From Eledone cirrhosa (Eukaryota): a stretch of 64,000 bases of DNA. Below are positions 1 through 15,366 of the stretch, piece after piece. Position numbers and translations under genes: made by a program. Under the pieces are notes generated by a model. The model had not been told where the DNA came from, made no database searches, and saw nothing but the letters and a program-made list of their open reading frames with translations. Where the stretch lies: assembly GCA_964016885.1 (NCBI GenBank), contig OZ024744.1, positions 42,718,001-42,782,000 on the forward strand. The letters run 5' to 3'. The first letter of the stretch is position 1. Each line of letters starts with the position of its first letter.

Positions 1-184
1 GCCGACCTGCTGGCCCTTCCGGTCGAGCACTCCCCAGCTTCCGGCCACCGCACACCACACCATACCCACAGTTTTATTACGTTGAATAAGAGTAATGTTT
101 ATATATGAATTAATTTCTCTCTGGAAGATTTGGTTGATGGAAAATTTCAATTGTTTATATTTTTGATTATTATTATTATCGATA

Positions 185-359
185 TTGGCAGTATCGGTAG
201 AGGGTCGGACGCCATGCTTTCCAGCATAGTTACGTCCCTTTACGGTCTGAGTTCAAATCCTGTCGAGGTTAACTTTGCCTTTCATCCTTACGGGGTCGAT
301 AAAATAAAGTACCAGTAATGTACTGGGTAATTGCTGGCCTTGTGCCTAACGTAGAAACA
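185..359 (+). mobile_element. tRNA-derived SINE, slightly 5'-truncated
   Basis: A-box-like TGGCAGTATCGG and B-box GAGTTCAAATCC; 13-bp TSD ATTATTATCGATA (172-184 / 360-372); near-identical copies at 41863-42047 and 53960-54146. Confidence 0.85.
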
Positions 360-1599
360 ATTATTATCGATAGTGTTTTCCACAGGAGTCGAGGTAGACT
401 CAGATGGTACAGGTGATGTCAAATTTCTTACAGGTATAGTTGTTTCAGGGAACTGTTCAGCCTAGTTACTAGAAAGTCTAGTAAAATGACGACCTGTAGC
501 ACGTGGTGTTGTTTTCATATTTGTTCTGGGGGACTTACAATTAATAATATTTATCTTATTTTTACGTTTAACAAACGTCGCTTGTTGGCGTAATTGTTTC
601 GCTGTTACGTGATTCAGCTCAGGATGTATTTTGTCCCAGTGTAAGGATTTTTTTTTTTTTTTTGTCGCTCTATAACAATTAAATAAATCATTAAGTTCGC
701 AACTCCAAGAGAAATGCGATTTATAATTTCGGTTTCTTCTGTAGCTACAACTAAATAAATTTTGTTTACCTTTGTCATTGCTTTTTTCGGTAACTTGTTC
801 TCGTCACTTGTGTTCAACAAGTTATTGTTGTTGATGTTGTGCCTGACCATGCTGTTTGTAGCAAATCCTTGTAAAATGAATTATGTATTTAGTCAGATAT
901 ATCTACGAATTCGAATAAAATGTGTTTTCAGTGGGTATAGTTAGAAGAATACCCAGTTATTCAACATGACTGGTAGTTGGGGCATTACTGCCGGAGATAG
1001 TATTCATCTTAAATCTAATGAATAGTCTCCCACGCCGAAATGTGCGACTGATCGCGTTGTCTGTCTGTTTATGTATGAATGTATGTATTAAGTCAGGTCT
1101 CTCTTCAGAGCTACTGGTAACATGTAACCCAGTACAGCCTGTGAATGGTTGGGTCATCGGTGATGAAACCGGCAACACCACCAAACTTGCATAGTGAAGA
1201 GGGTGATTTTGAACATCCTGTGGGGTGAAAAATAAAACACCATGAAAGGGCAGAGAAACTCAGGCGAGTCAATGGCCATCCAAGAAAGTTTTTTTTTTCT
1301 TTAAGGGGCAGTGGAGTGGGAGACGCCTAGTTTTTATTAAGACATCTCTCTAGGAGGTCACTTTGATATTAAACCTGCAATCTCGTTTTCATCCAATAAT
1401 GTAGACCAGTCTACTTTTTGGATAAAGTACTGGGCAACTTCTCAACACCAACAGCTAATCGACCTGTTCGCAGAGTCCTTCCCTTCCATCGCGGTCCCTC
1501 TCCCGTCGGCTTGGTGCTCCTTAGGAGCCCCAATCACAGACCTGGCCTTCGAGCAAATATTTGCCAAAATTACTACTATAGTTCATTGTAACAGCTTGG

Positions 1600-2056
1600 C
1601 TACTGTCATTTTAACACCCCACTCCTCACTGATTAACCTCTCGATGTCAGGTGATTGATTCTTCTGAATTTGCCACCGAACAAGAAGTCAGTGATTTTTT
1701 CAATGTCTTGGAATTTAGTCCCCACTTGCTCCTTTCCATTCACTGAATTATTTTTGTATAAGTTCCCTGTGTCCGCGCATCGCCAGGTATCTTAGCTGAG
1801 AATGACACCCTGATGAAGAAAAGGTTTCTCCATATCTCAATTTGGAGACTATGTATATTCCCTTTCAGAAACTAATTAGTTGGAGTGAAATTTAAGTAAG
1901 TAAGCTAATTACTATAATTTTCTTATTTTACGTTTTTCATGTAATTGTTCTGCATCCCCTTGCATTGAACCACAAAGTTACTAAGACAAAACTTATATAT
2001 TTCCTTGCATAGGTATACATCTGTATATATATATGTTGGTAGATATACTAATTCTT
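1600..2056 (+). mobile_element. Non-coding PLE-terminus-like element carrying a hammerhead
   Basis: Homologous to 26635-27250; ends in (TA)n; HHR at 1805-1886. Confidence 0.65.
1805..1886 (+). ncRNA. Type I hammerhead ribozyme with extended stem II
   Basis: acacc-CTGATGA-(gaaaagg...ccctttc)-GAAA-ctaattag-TT-ggagt; stem I imperfect. Confidence 0.6.
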
Positions 2057-2995
<939 letters not shown>

Positions 2996-4318
2996 TTATT
3001 AGTTAAGCAAAACAAGGTCACACATTTCACAAGGAAGACATTATTAAAAGATTGTCAACATATTTTATTTTGATGTAAGGAATGTAGAGAATAATAATAA
3101 TAATATAATAATAATAATGTCCGTTTACAATTGTTTCGCTACTCCATATAATATTTCTGGATCAGATGACTATATATCATAATTGATCTGGTTCAGTTGA
3201 AAATAATTAACATATTTAAAAGACAGAGCGGCTCATCGGAACTTCAAAGGAATATAAATTAAAATAATGAGATAATGTTACATAATATAATGTTCCATAT
3301 ATTGGTTTTTACTATGGTGTCTTGGTTGCATCAGTTGTCAGCCATAATCAAGCAGTATTCATCTGTCGAGGCTGCATTGTGTGAGGTCTGCCTATGGGTA
3401 ACAAGATGGCTGCCAAAGGGAATATTTACCTTACTAATTAGAGGGTGGTTTCAGGGGAAGTAACTTCTCGAGAGATTAGAAATTGTGGGTGTTTATAGTT
3501 AAGTGCTAATTTTTTAATTTTTTTTTTTTTTTAATTGAGAGACAATGTAGGGGAGGTAACTTATAATTATCGAGTTGTTTATAGCAATTTAACTTATTAG
3601 CTACAAGTAAAAATGGGGCTACATGACTAAGTTGGATCAAAAAATCTATTGGCGAAGGAATTAGCCCTTCGATGTTGACAGCTAATAGTTACATCCGTTC
3701 TATCGTTAATCAGTAGAGGTCGTGATAGAGTTATGTAATATGCTTCCGTAATACAGAGATCACAAGATTTTCTTCGTCCATTGAACGGTTGGGCCCTAGC
3801 CACGATATCCCATTTTAGTGAATGTTGAACATTCTTTTATTTAAGGTTGTTAATGGGCCTAGCTAGCGATGTCGAACATCTGTTGCTAGGGTCTCGGAAG
3901 GGAAAAGAGTGCGCGTTATAGCGTACCTTAAAAGGGTTAGAGGTAGACCCGATATAAGAGCTGGTATTCGAAGAGTCTTAACCGTGCACCTATAGACTAT
4001 GTTGGGTGTCAGGCAGTGTCCATTTAATGGGCATGCATTGGGGTAACGGCAGTTGCAGTTGCTTCTGCGGTTAGTGAGAGTAGGGTTGTTTAACCTAAGC
4101 GGTAGGTCCCTGCTAGAATGATTAGATGGGGGAGGTGTGCTACTAGAGTAATTATTGATGTAGTGGCGTGGTGTATTTCATATGGGTGGTGGTACCGCGG
4201 TGTGGGAGTTATACTGTCTTAGCTTATGATGGTTACTGAACGCGATGAGGCTAGTTAGACATTTTAATAATGTCTTCCTTGTGAAATTTGTGGCCTTGTT
4301 TTGCTTAACTAATGAATA
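2996..4318 (-). mobile_element. 5'-truncated Naiad-type PLE with inverted copy of its terminus
   Basis: Minus strand ~4075-3880 reads CNCRYPNACPLNGHCLTPNIVYRCTVK...YIGSTSNPFKVRYNAH (CxCx5C plus GIY-YIG, frameshifted); 2996-3058 is inverted at ~4256-4318; degenerate HHR (CCGATGA core) at 3123-3242 (-). Confidence 0.85.
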
Positions 4319-4482
4319 TTTCCAACTCTGCGCACCTAACTTCTGCATGAACCCAGCCACCTAGCTGCTTTCTACTGCATATTGCACATTGAGCACATGC
4401 CTTTACGCTTTGGCTTCTAACTAATTCACCAATCTCTCCTCTCCTATCTCCATCTCTCACTTTAAGATTGGTTACTCTTGAA

Positions 4483-6030
<1,548 letters not shown>

Positions 6031-6031
6031 A

Positions 6032-6430
6032 CCCCTTAGCCTTTGTCAAGGCAGAATTCTAGGAGAAGGAAAATTCTGATATAACACCTGCAACCTTGAT
6101 GGTATCCAATGATTTTGACATGTTCTTCTTTTTGGTAAATATCATCTTGGTTAAGAGAGTGGGACTGGCTTTGTGCAGTGCCTTTGCTCACTATAAAAGC
6201 TTCACGGCACAGGCATTGCTTTATATCTGGAGATCTCTCTGCACTTGTCGTCACATGGTACCATGGGCCCAGCACTATGTGTCAATAATTGTCACAAGTG
6301 TAGTGTTTGTACCAGAGTTTTCAAGTCGCTGGCTGGACTAAAAAGTCACAATCGTTCAGCGCATCGGTAGGGGTTCTCCTACATGGATATAAAGTAGTGG
6401 CCGTACTCGAAAACGAGTTGGCAGCCACCA
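6032..6430. repeat. Interspersed non-coding repeat, TA-flanked
   Basis: Closely similar copy at 26140-26536; family not identified. Confidence 0.75.
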
Positions 6431-6438
6431 TGTATATA

Positions 6439-6470
<32 letters not shown>

Positions 6471-6489
6471 CATATATATATATATTTAA

Positions 6490-6852
6490 TTAAGGTTTAG
6501 CAAGTAAGAAAAAGTTTTAAAATAAATTTTAAAAAATTCACTGTACCTGCTGTAGTTACCCTTACCGCACAGTTTCAAGTCTCAAAATAAATGGATAATC
6601 CATGCGGATATCCATTGAAAAGGAAGACTCTCGTCAGAGGGTTCTTTTCACTCGGAGAATATAAAATTCCCGAGTGCAAATTACGAACTGGCGCTATTCA
6701 AAATTGTTCCCGAGATGAGAGTGAATGATATAGAAGCAATTCTGTCTAGTGTCGTGTTCAAAAATAGAAGGCAGAGGCGGAAAGCTCAATCCACTGCCAG
6801 TAGAAATAGCAGCAGTCAAAACGACCAAAATGTTATCTCGACCAGGGGAGAC
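6490..6852 (-). mobile_element. HHR-bearing PLE-terminus-like repeat
   Basis: Second copy at 35145-35440. Confidence 0.75.
6558..6642 (-). ncRNA. Type I hammerhead ribozyme with branched stem II
   Basis: Reverse complement: accct-CTGACGA-gagtct...agactt-GAAA-ctgtgcgg-TA-agggt. Confidence 0.85.
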
Positions 6853-6966
6853 TATATATACATACATATATATATATACATATATATATATGTACATATA
6901 TACATTTACATATATATATATATATATATACGTGTATATATATATATATACACATATATATATACG

Positions 6967-7016
<50 letters not shown>

Positions 7017-7154
7017 CGTATATATATATAATAACTAGAAATTGATTAACATATATAAACATGAATAATCACAGGAGATAATTTTTACAAGCGTGTAACC
7101 ACGCCTAGCAAGTTAGGTAACAAATAAATAGATACCTTTTAATATATGATTAAC

Positions 7155-7250
7155 CTTCCCTGTATATATTCCATTAAAGAAATATATTTCACCAATTAAT
7201 CAGATGGTAAGTCACGGAAAGAGGATCTTATTGGATTGTCAACAAGGAAG
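7155..7250 (-). ncRNA. Type I hammerhead ribozyme, U3-A8 core variant
   Basis: Reverse complement: cttccttg-TTGACAA-t ccaat...attgg t-GAAA-tatatttc tttaat ggaatata-TA-cagggaag; 8-bp stems I and III. Confidence 0.8.
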
Positions 7251-7688
7251 AATAATAATGTTCAACTATCCATGCTTACACCGCGAGTTTAAATCTTCAA
7301 CTGGTCTCTACCACGTGTTGCTCTTACACATGACAACAGTCTCGTCTCAGTGGCGTGAATAGGTATTGGACAACTAGAAACAGCAGTCAAATTCCTTTCA
7401 ACAGAATTAGCTCTACAATTAAGGAGCCGTATTTATATATCTATATCCAAAATTAAGATAAATTAAATGAATTTAATCCAAATCGAAATTGTGGGTGTCA
7501 TGCCATAATGGCGTGCGCCATATCGCCCGGAAATAAGCTCAAAGATAGATCCGAGCATTTTATAATAACTAGAAATTGATTAACATATATAAAGTTGAAT
7601 AATCACAGGAGATAATTTTTACAAGCGTGTAACCACGCCTAGCAAGTTAGGTAACAAATAAATAGATACCTTTTAATATATGATTAAC

Positions 7689-7784
7689 CTTCCCTGTATA
7701 TATTCCATTAAAGAAATATATTTCACCAATTAATCAGATGGTAAGTCACGGAATGTGGATATTATTGGATTGTCAACAAGGAAG
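7689..7784 (-). ncRNA. Type I hammerhead ribozyme, U3-A8 core variant (second copy)
   Basis: Same motif 534 bp from the first. Confidence 0.8.
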
Positions 7785-7893
7785 AATAATAATGTCCAAC
7801 TATCCATGCTTACATATGGCGCTCGCCGTTATGGCATGACACCCACAATTTCGATTTGGATTAAATTCATTTAATTTATCTTAATTTTGAATA

Positions 7894-7926
<33 letters not shown>

Positions 7927-7952
7927 GTATATACATATATATATATACGTAC

Positions 7953-8008
<56 letters not shown>

Positions 8009-8022
8009 GTATATATATATAC

Positions 8023-8118
<96 letters not shown>

Positions 8119-8149
8119 GTATATACATATATATATATATATATATACG

Positions 8150-8598
8150 TGGGGAGGGTCATATTTGTGTAATATTGCCAGAATTAATAACAGAACACAC
8201 TCACTGTTTGGTTGGTTTTCGCTTCTCGCTGTCTTTTATATCGGTAATCTAACTTACTCGGTCCTCAATGTCACCATTGACTGACCGACGGTCAAAAATA
8301 ATACAGATACAATATAGACACGAACACATATATATAGTTTATCATAAATCTTTCGTTACACATCTGCAACATCGTCAGTGGTGTTATATTTTCCTCCTCT
8401 TGTGTTGTATGTCAACGCCATTTTTATTCAGTCTGTCTATATATTTATTTATTTATTTGCTTGTTTATTTATTTTATTTCGTCTTCTTTGCGCATGCGTT
8501 TGCGTGTGTGTATAGTTTTATGTTTGCTGTGTATAACAATATTTGTTTCGACACACGATTTCATATAAAAAACCTCGCAAAACTAATTCACCGCCGCT
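8150..8598 (-). mobile_element. 3' terminal fragment of the PLE family at 38308-40990
   Basis: Reverse complement matches ~40620-40985 and 38308-38365. Confidence 0.8.
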
Positions 8599-8608
8599 AT
8601 ATATATAC

Positions 8609-8642
<34 letters not shown>

Positions 8643-8669
8643 GTATATATATATATATATATATATACG

Positions 8670-9312
8670 TATACCTCTCATTTATATTTATACTCGGATT
8701 CTTTTCCTAGAGTGCTTAAACTATCTGTGACTAATCCCGGTTTTTTTCATAAAAACTGTGATAATTATTGCTATTTTGCTGAACTCCTTTGTAGAGTTTT
8801 TTTCAGAATGTATTTGACTGCTATTTCTTGTAAATAAACATTCACTTCCATCCTGACGTCACTAGCCCCGTTTTTTCCTCATGTGCTTTTTCATAAATAC
8901 ACATGAAGGCGAACTAGCCAGTTTTAGAATTCCCTTTTTCGGATTATATTACTGTGAGAGCCCTGGTTTTCTGTTGAGCTCTGCTGATGAATGAAATTCC
9001 AACCGTGACCATCTCCACTGAAAGTTTTCATGAAATAGTCTTTTAAGACTATACAGAGCATTTGATGTTATTCCAAATTGAAGGATAAGTGTTTCAAACT
9101 TTATTTTATCATGAGTTAAAGGTCTATAGATTTTTCCCTGGATTTTACTAAATTCTGTGGTTGAATTTGTATCCTGATTCTCTTTTGAGATGAGTTTGAG
9201 TTATTTTTCCTAAATCTTTCGTTAACTACTTTTCCCATCTTGACGTTATAGTCGCATATATGTTATAGAATGCCGTTAGCTTCTTGCTAAAACAATCTCT
9301 ATACCTCTCATT

Positions 9313-9316
<4 letters not shown>
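8670..9316 (+). mobile_element. Non-coding HHR element, ~630-bp monomer
   Basis: Terminal direct repeat tatacctctcatttatat (8670 / 9300); partial inverted copy at 41253-41591. Confidence 0.75.
8978..9059 (+). ncRNA. Type I hammerhead ribozyme
   Basis: gctctg-CTGATGA-atgaaa...tttcat-GAAA-tagtcttttaagacta-TA-cagagc; all three stems pair. Confidence 0.92.
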
Positions 9317-10051
<735 letters not shown>

Positions 10052-11379
10052 AGTAATAATAATAAAATTGAAGACTAAAATCCAAAGAGGGCTCGATAAG
10101 GAAAATATATATCAAATATATAAGAACCGTAGAGCAAATATTTATTAAAATAACAGATTAAAGTTTAAGCAAAGAATCGCTGCTTTCACCCTTAACAGGA
10201 TCTTCTGAAACTAACAAAGTCAATCTGTAAACGCAGAACTGGATATTTCAAAAAGCGTTACAACCGGAGGAAGACAGGAAGACGATACTTTGGTTCGTGG
10301 AAAAGTTCGCTGGCAAAGAACGGGAAAAAACATAAATTGCACAAAACTTTCCTGTATTACAGCCCCACGTTATACCCTAACGGATAGCACGATCTATACG
10401 TGGATATTTTACGTCTTGATGTGGGAGCTAAGTATATGTTTTGTTTATTCCTTTACTTATTTGCATAGGTAAGTATATATTACCCGTATGTTTTGTGAAG
10501 GTATGTATACCTTCTCGTACGTATATTTGACTGTTATGGCGAATAATTTTTACATATTCTGGTATTTAGGATTTGGCTATGTGTATACGGGAGTTTTGCG
10601 TCTGCGTGAGTATGCAGGTTCGTACGTATGGTGGGTGTGTGTATATGTGTACTTCTTGTTTTAGTTGACTTACGTCTCCGAACATTCGTGTATTTATTTG
10701 TAGGTATGTGTGTGCGCTTGTTATATACGTATTTATTTACTTCTATACGTTTATATAATTATTTATTTATTTGTACACAAGCATACACACACACATATTT
10801 ATATGTGCGTGGTTTTGTATACCTATGGTAAGGTTTTGCGTATGCTTGTGTATGTACGTATCTGTTTGCGTGTATGTATTTATTTGTTTCTATTACTTCT
10901 GTATTGTATTTATTTACTTTGTTCTTAACTCTGTAGCGGAGATTCATTTGGTCTCCTAGTTTGAATTTTAGTCTACGACTTCTGCTATACCATTTACGTG
11001 GTTTTGTCTTTTTGTGCTATTGTTCTCCACGGTCCACATATGACTTATTATCTTCGTTTTTTCGTTCATTGCCAGAGAACGTCTCTATGCACCACCTAAG
11101 AGAACATTAGTCTACGACCTCTTTTATACCATAAACGTGGTTCTGTCTTTGCGCGTAATTGTTTTTCACCGCTCCTATTAATGACGTATTATTCGTTTTT
11201 TCCCGTTATTTGCCAGCTACTTTTCCACGAACCAAAGTATCGTCTTCCTGTCTTCCTCCGGTTGTAACGCTTTTTGAAATATCCAGTTCTGCGTTTACAG
11301 ATTGACTTTGTTAGTTTCAGAAAATCCCGTTAAGGGTGAAAGCAGCGATTCTTTGCTTAAACTTTAATCTGTTATTTTA

Positions 11380-11388
<9 letters not shown>
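10052..11388. mobile_element. Non-coding element with ~170-bp inverted repeats, probably a PLE 3' end with inverted terminus
   Basis: 10136-10306 is the reverse complement of 11218-11388; internal direct repeat ~10970-11070 / 11108-11215. Confidence 0.65.
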
Positions 11389-11425
<37 letters not shown>

Positions 11426-11480
11426 GTGGGAAAGTAAAAAATCGGAGATTAGACCGTTAAAACATGTTTATTTAAAATAT

Positions 11481-11519
11481 CACCTACGTACGTTTCGCCC
11501 AGTTGGGCTTCTCAAGGGC
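11481..11519 (-). ncRNA. Minimal hammerhead ribozyme, U3-A8 variant
   Basis: Reverse complement: gccc-TTGAGAA-gccc aact gggc-GAAA-cgtacg-TA-ggtg; stem I weak. Confidence 0.7.
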
Positions 11520-11815
11520 ATAAATAATCACAAGTGTTCCTTATATTGCTCGGAAAGAGTTTTGGGGGTTAAATCCACATCAAGGTTCATTGCTCGCAAA
11601 AATATCTTGTTTTGATTTTGCAGCAGATCAAGGGAGGTAACCCTGGCCGGTGTTAGAGCAGTCTTTCCCCGGACAAATTTTTTTTTTTTTTTTTTTGCCG
11701 CATCCGTTTGTCTGAGGCTGGGTCTGGTATGCAAGGATTGTTTCCTGGGTGTTATTTTGCAGCGCCTGCCCGCCGGGGTGTTAAGACTTGTTGCAGGGAG
11801 ATCCAGTGTACTATT

Positions 11816-13900
11816 TCACTCTTCATCCTTAACCCATCTGAAGACGGATATTTTTAAGCGATGTGTACAACTTATCGCTGTTTCAGCTCTGCTGTTGATG
11901 AGCTCGTGGGGTGCAGTCATGATGTGGTAGAGCTCCATGAGGCAAAGATCGCATTTCCTCTTGAAGTTGTACGGTGCAGCCCTGCCGACAATCTCCCAGT
12001 GCGTGGAGAAGCTGGTGTTTAAGTCCTTTAGTGATGTGATGTAGTCCGCGAGCGAAGTGGAGTGCCTTAGTTTTCTATTTGTGAAAGAGTGGAGATGTGT
12101 TCGAAACCTAATTTTGAACGGGCCGGAGTTGGCCCCTATATAATGTTTAACGCTATTGTGGCTAGTAATAGTGCATCTATATATAACCCTATCAGTCAAG
12201 CAGTATCCTCTAAGGGGGCAGCATCCTCTGTCGCGGCAGTTGCAATTTCTGTCGCGGTTCCGTCTATTTCCCACGGTAAGGCTATCATTGTTGCTGCCTA
12301 CGTTGTTACCTACGCTACCGCAGCTGTCATTAGCACAATTACAACCCACAGCACGCGGGGTGGTGCGATTGTTATTCCGCATGTCATGTTCTGCATGTTC
12401 CCCAGTCATTTCGCGGTCATTCTGGTTGTGTCTGCGGATGCCGTTGCCAACACTATTGGATGCTGCCAGGGAATTGTTAAGGCCGATATAGTTATTGTCA
12501 GATGTAGGTGCGTCTGTGTCGAGGTGCTGTGTCTTGGTGATCTTACTGTGGTTCGTTGTTCCTATGATGTCTGCTAGGTTAGGAGTAGTAGAGAAGGATA
12601 TTTTTATATTGTTCCTATTAAGAATTTTTCTATACCTATGGTTGGGCGGGAAGTTCTTCTCTAAGGCTTCGAAGAACGTCCGGGGTATGTTGGAGGCCAC
12701 ACTCCGAGAGTAGGGGGGGGGTGTGGAACCATAGGACGTTACGGTGGCGATTACGTGTCCTTGTACTTTTGCTACGGGTGGTTCCATCTAAGTGACCGCT
12801 CTTATGTGTGTTAATGCGCAGTCGCCCGTTCGGTGCCCCTTTCACTTTATGCTCGGGTGCACTCTTTCTACCTCTTCCATGTTTATGTACACGAAGATGT
12901 TGGTTGGAAGGCGTTGGTAGTAGGCCGTCGCCTTTGTAGGTTTTGTAATAGGGGAATAGTTTGAGTAATCTACAGTGTTCACCGTCGCCGGGGACGTGAT
13001 CTTTGGTGCGGTTATCTATTCTATTAAATCCGACTTCAACGAGGTCGCCGCGTGATCGGTTATAGGTATGGCTTACTATAACGTTAGTTTTATGAGGGGG
13101 GTGGTTTCTAGAGCTAGCGTTAGGGATGTAGGAAATTCGTCGGTTAAAGCCGGCGCTTATCAGGGCCCTATTGTAGTAATCACCCGCTTGGTTGAAGATA
13201 TCCTCATTGGCGGATATCCTCGAGATTCTATGTGAGATACTATAGACTATGGAGTTGAGAGTCTGCTTAGGGTGGTTGGAGGCATAATTAATATAAGAGA
13301 GGCACTCTCCAGGCTTATGGTATGGCTTGTATAAGCCTGTACTCAACTCCAGGGTCACTCCAGGAAGTTGACAACCCTGTGGTTGAGGTCCATAGTTACG
13401 GATAGGCCGTATGACTTAAAGAACCTGTGTATATGTTTGTTAAGGTTCTCTATCCTACGGGAGCTATGGTTCCTAACGGTAAAAAGGGCGTCGTCCCTAT
13501 ATACACCTCCTTGTAGGGCCGGTATTTCTTCCCTAAGCTTATGTAGGAGGTATATCCCGACCAGGTCAGTTGCTTGCGCTGAGTCACTGGACCCCATCGT
13601 GACATCGAAGTTAACAGGACGGTTGGTTCTGGTCCAGTGGGAGCCTTCGAACTGGATAATGGTTCTACGTGCCGCTAGAATTATGTCTATTTCTTTTTTA
13701 GTGAGGCTAGTGTTAGATCTAGCTAAGATAAGTGCCTTATTTAAGAGTATGGGGGAGATAGAGGCGTAGTAGCTATCTATATCAAACTGGATGAATTTCA
13801 GGGTGGCTTTATCCGGCAACTCGATGAACCAATTTATGACCTGGTCGGTGTTGCCCCAGAGGCAGACCTTAGCCTTTCTATTAAGCTCTGCTAACTCTCT
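11816..13900 (-). pseudogene. PLE reverse transcriptase / GIY-YIG endonuclease with two frameshifts
   Basis: FIQFDIDSYYASI, VTMGSSDSA, GVYRDD, VNFL, YINYASNHP, CNCRDRGCCPLRGYCL..VIYRC..HYIG; frameshifts near 13357 and at the G-run near 12715. Confidence 0.92.
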
Positions 13901-14036
13901 AGCCCACTAAATATTAACACTTCGAATATTTAATACTGCCGGCACTAGTATCGAGCACCTTTGGCATACGCTACTTGGCAAATAACTATATGTATCACCT
14001 ATCCCCCCTTTTTTCTCTTTCACGATACGTAAATAC

Positions 14037-14068
<32 letters not shown>

Positions 14069-14393
14069 CGTATATATATATATATATACGTATATATATA
14101 TACGTATATATATACGCGTAGATTACTTCCCTTGCTTTTATCGAGAATCTAATTGTAATACGTGACGTATTCTATTCTATAGCGATTAGGTCTTCAAAAT
14201 GTTTATTATAAACATACAGAATATTTTCGAATATTCTATGTCTATATTCACATATATATCGCTATTTCAGAGCATTTATTCCAATTTCTAATTTCTGCCG
14301 GACCGGCAACCGCTCTTTCAAACCAGTTCATGTACACAGCTAAGTATTCTATAAGTCTCTGGCTGTGTCATTCTCGATAAAAGCACTGGATAT

Positions 14394-14436
14394 GTAGTCC
14401 TGATGATTTCTAACGAGAATGAAACGCGTAGATTAC
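14394..14436 (+). ncRNA. Minimal type I hammerhead ribozyme, array copy 1
   Basis: gtagtc-CTGATGA-t ttct aacg agaa t-GAAA-cgcg-TA-gattac; predicted cleavage after 14430. Confidence 0.92.
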
Positions 14437-14703
14437 TTCCCTTGCTTTTATCGAGAATCTAATTGTAATACGTGACGTATTCTATTCTATAGCGATTAGG
14501 TCTTCAAAATGTTTATTATAAACATACAGAATATTTTCGAATATTCTATGTCTATATTCACATATATATCGCTATTTCAGAGCATTTATTCCAATTTCTA
14601 ATTTCTGCCGGACCGGCAACCGCTCTTTCAAACCAGTTCATGTACACAGCTAAGTATTCTATAAGTCTCTGGCTGTGTCATTCTCGATAAAAGCACTGGA
14701 TAT

Positions 14704-14746
14704 GTAGTCCTGATGATTTCTAACGAGAATGAAACGCGTAGATTAC
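14704..14746 (+). ncRNA. Minimal type I hammerhead ribozyme, array copy 2
   Basis: Identical to copy 1, offset +310. Confidence 0.92.
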
Positions 14747-15013
14747 TTCCCTTGCTTTTATCGAGAATCTAATTGTAATACGTGACGTATTCTATTCTAT
14801 AGCGATTAGGTCTTCAAAATGTTTATTATAAACATACAGAATATTTTCGAATATTCTATGTCTATATTCACATATATATCGCTATTTCAGAGCATTTATT
14901 CCAATTTCTAATTTCTGCCGGACCGGCAACCGCTCTTTCAAACCAGTTCATGTACACAGCTAAGTATTCTATAAGTCTCTGGCTGTGTCATTCTCGATAA
15001 AAGCACTGGATAT

Positions 15014-15056
15014 GTAGTCCTGATGATTTCTAACGAGAATGAAACGCGTAGATTAC
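15014..15056 (+). ncRNA. Minimal type I hammerhead ribozyme, array copy 3
   Basis: Identical to copy 1, offset +620. Confidence 0.92.
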
Positions 15057-15323
15057 TTCCCTTGCTTTTATCGAGAATCTAATTGTAATACGTGACGTAT
15101 TCTATTCTATAGCGATTAGGTCTTCAAAATGTTTATTATAAACATACAGAATATTTTCGAATATTCTATGTCTATATTCACATATATATCGCTATTTCAG
15201 AGCATTTATTCCAATTTCTAATTTCTGCCGGACCGGCAACCGCTCTTTCAAACCAGTTCATGTACACAGCTAAGTATTCTATAAGTCTCTGGCTGTGTCA
15301 TTCTCGATAAAAGCACTGGATAT

Positions 15324-15366
15324 GTAGTCCTGATGATTTCTAACGAGAATGAAACGCGTAGATTAC
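15324..15366 (+). ncRNA. Minimal type I hammerhead ribozyme, array copy 4
   Basis: Identical to copy 1, offset +930. Confidence 0.92.

Larger units (their letters stand above)
7027..7890 (-). mobile_element. Non-coding element, 534-bp monomer x ~1.5 with two HHRs and an inverted end
   Basis: 7027-7279 is repeated at 7561-7813; ~7450-7522 is inverted at ~7814-7885. Confidence 0.8.
11425..13905 (-). mobile_element. 5'-truncated Naiad-type Penelope-like retroelement
   Basis: RT, thumb and GIY-YIG ORF pieces, with a 3' HHR abutting (TA)n. Confidence 0.92.

Noticed and set aside
185-359. tRNA gene
   Set aside because: A and B boxes are present but there is no cloverleaf; body, tail, TSD and three copies indicate a SINE
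372-1600. Short ORFs or possible host exons at the window start
   Set aside because: No recognisable domain or convincing splice structure
11265-11365. HHR candidate TTGAAAT-atcc...gggt-GAAA-gca..tgc-TT-aaa
   Set aside because: A9 is missing and stem I is only 3 A-U pairs; not supportable without a consensus
12150-12350. Selenocysteine (UGA) codons in Naiad CxCx5C motifs
   Set aside because: No visible motif position is TGA in the six copies; the TGA at 23516 is in a non-Naiad pseudogene that also has TAA stops
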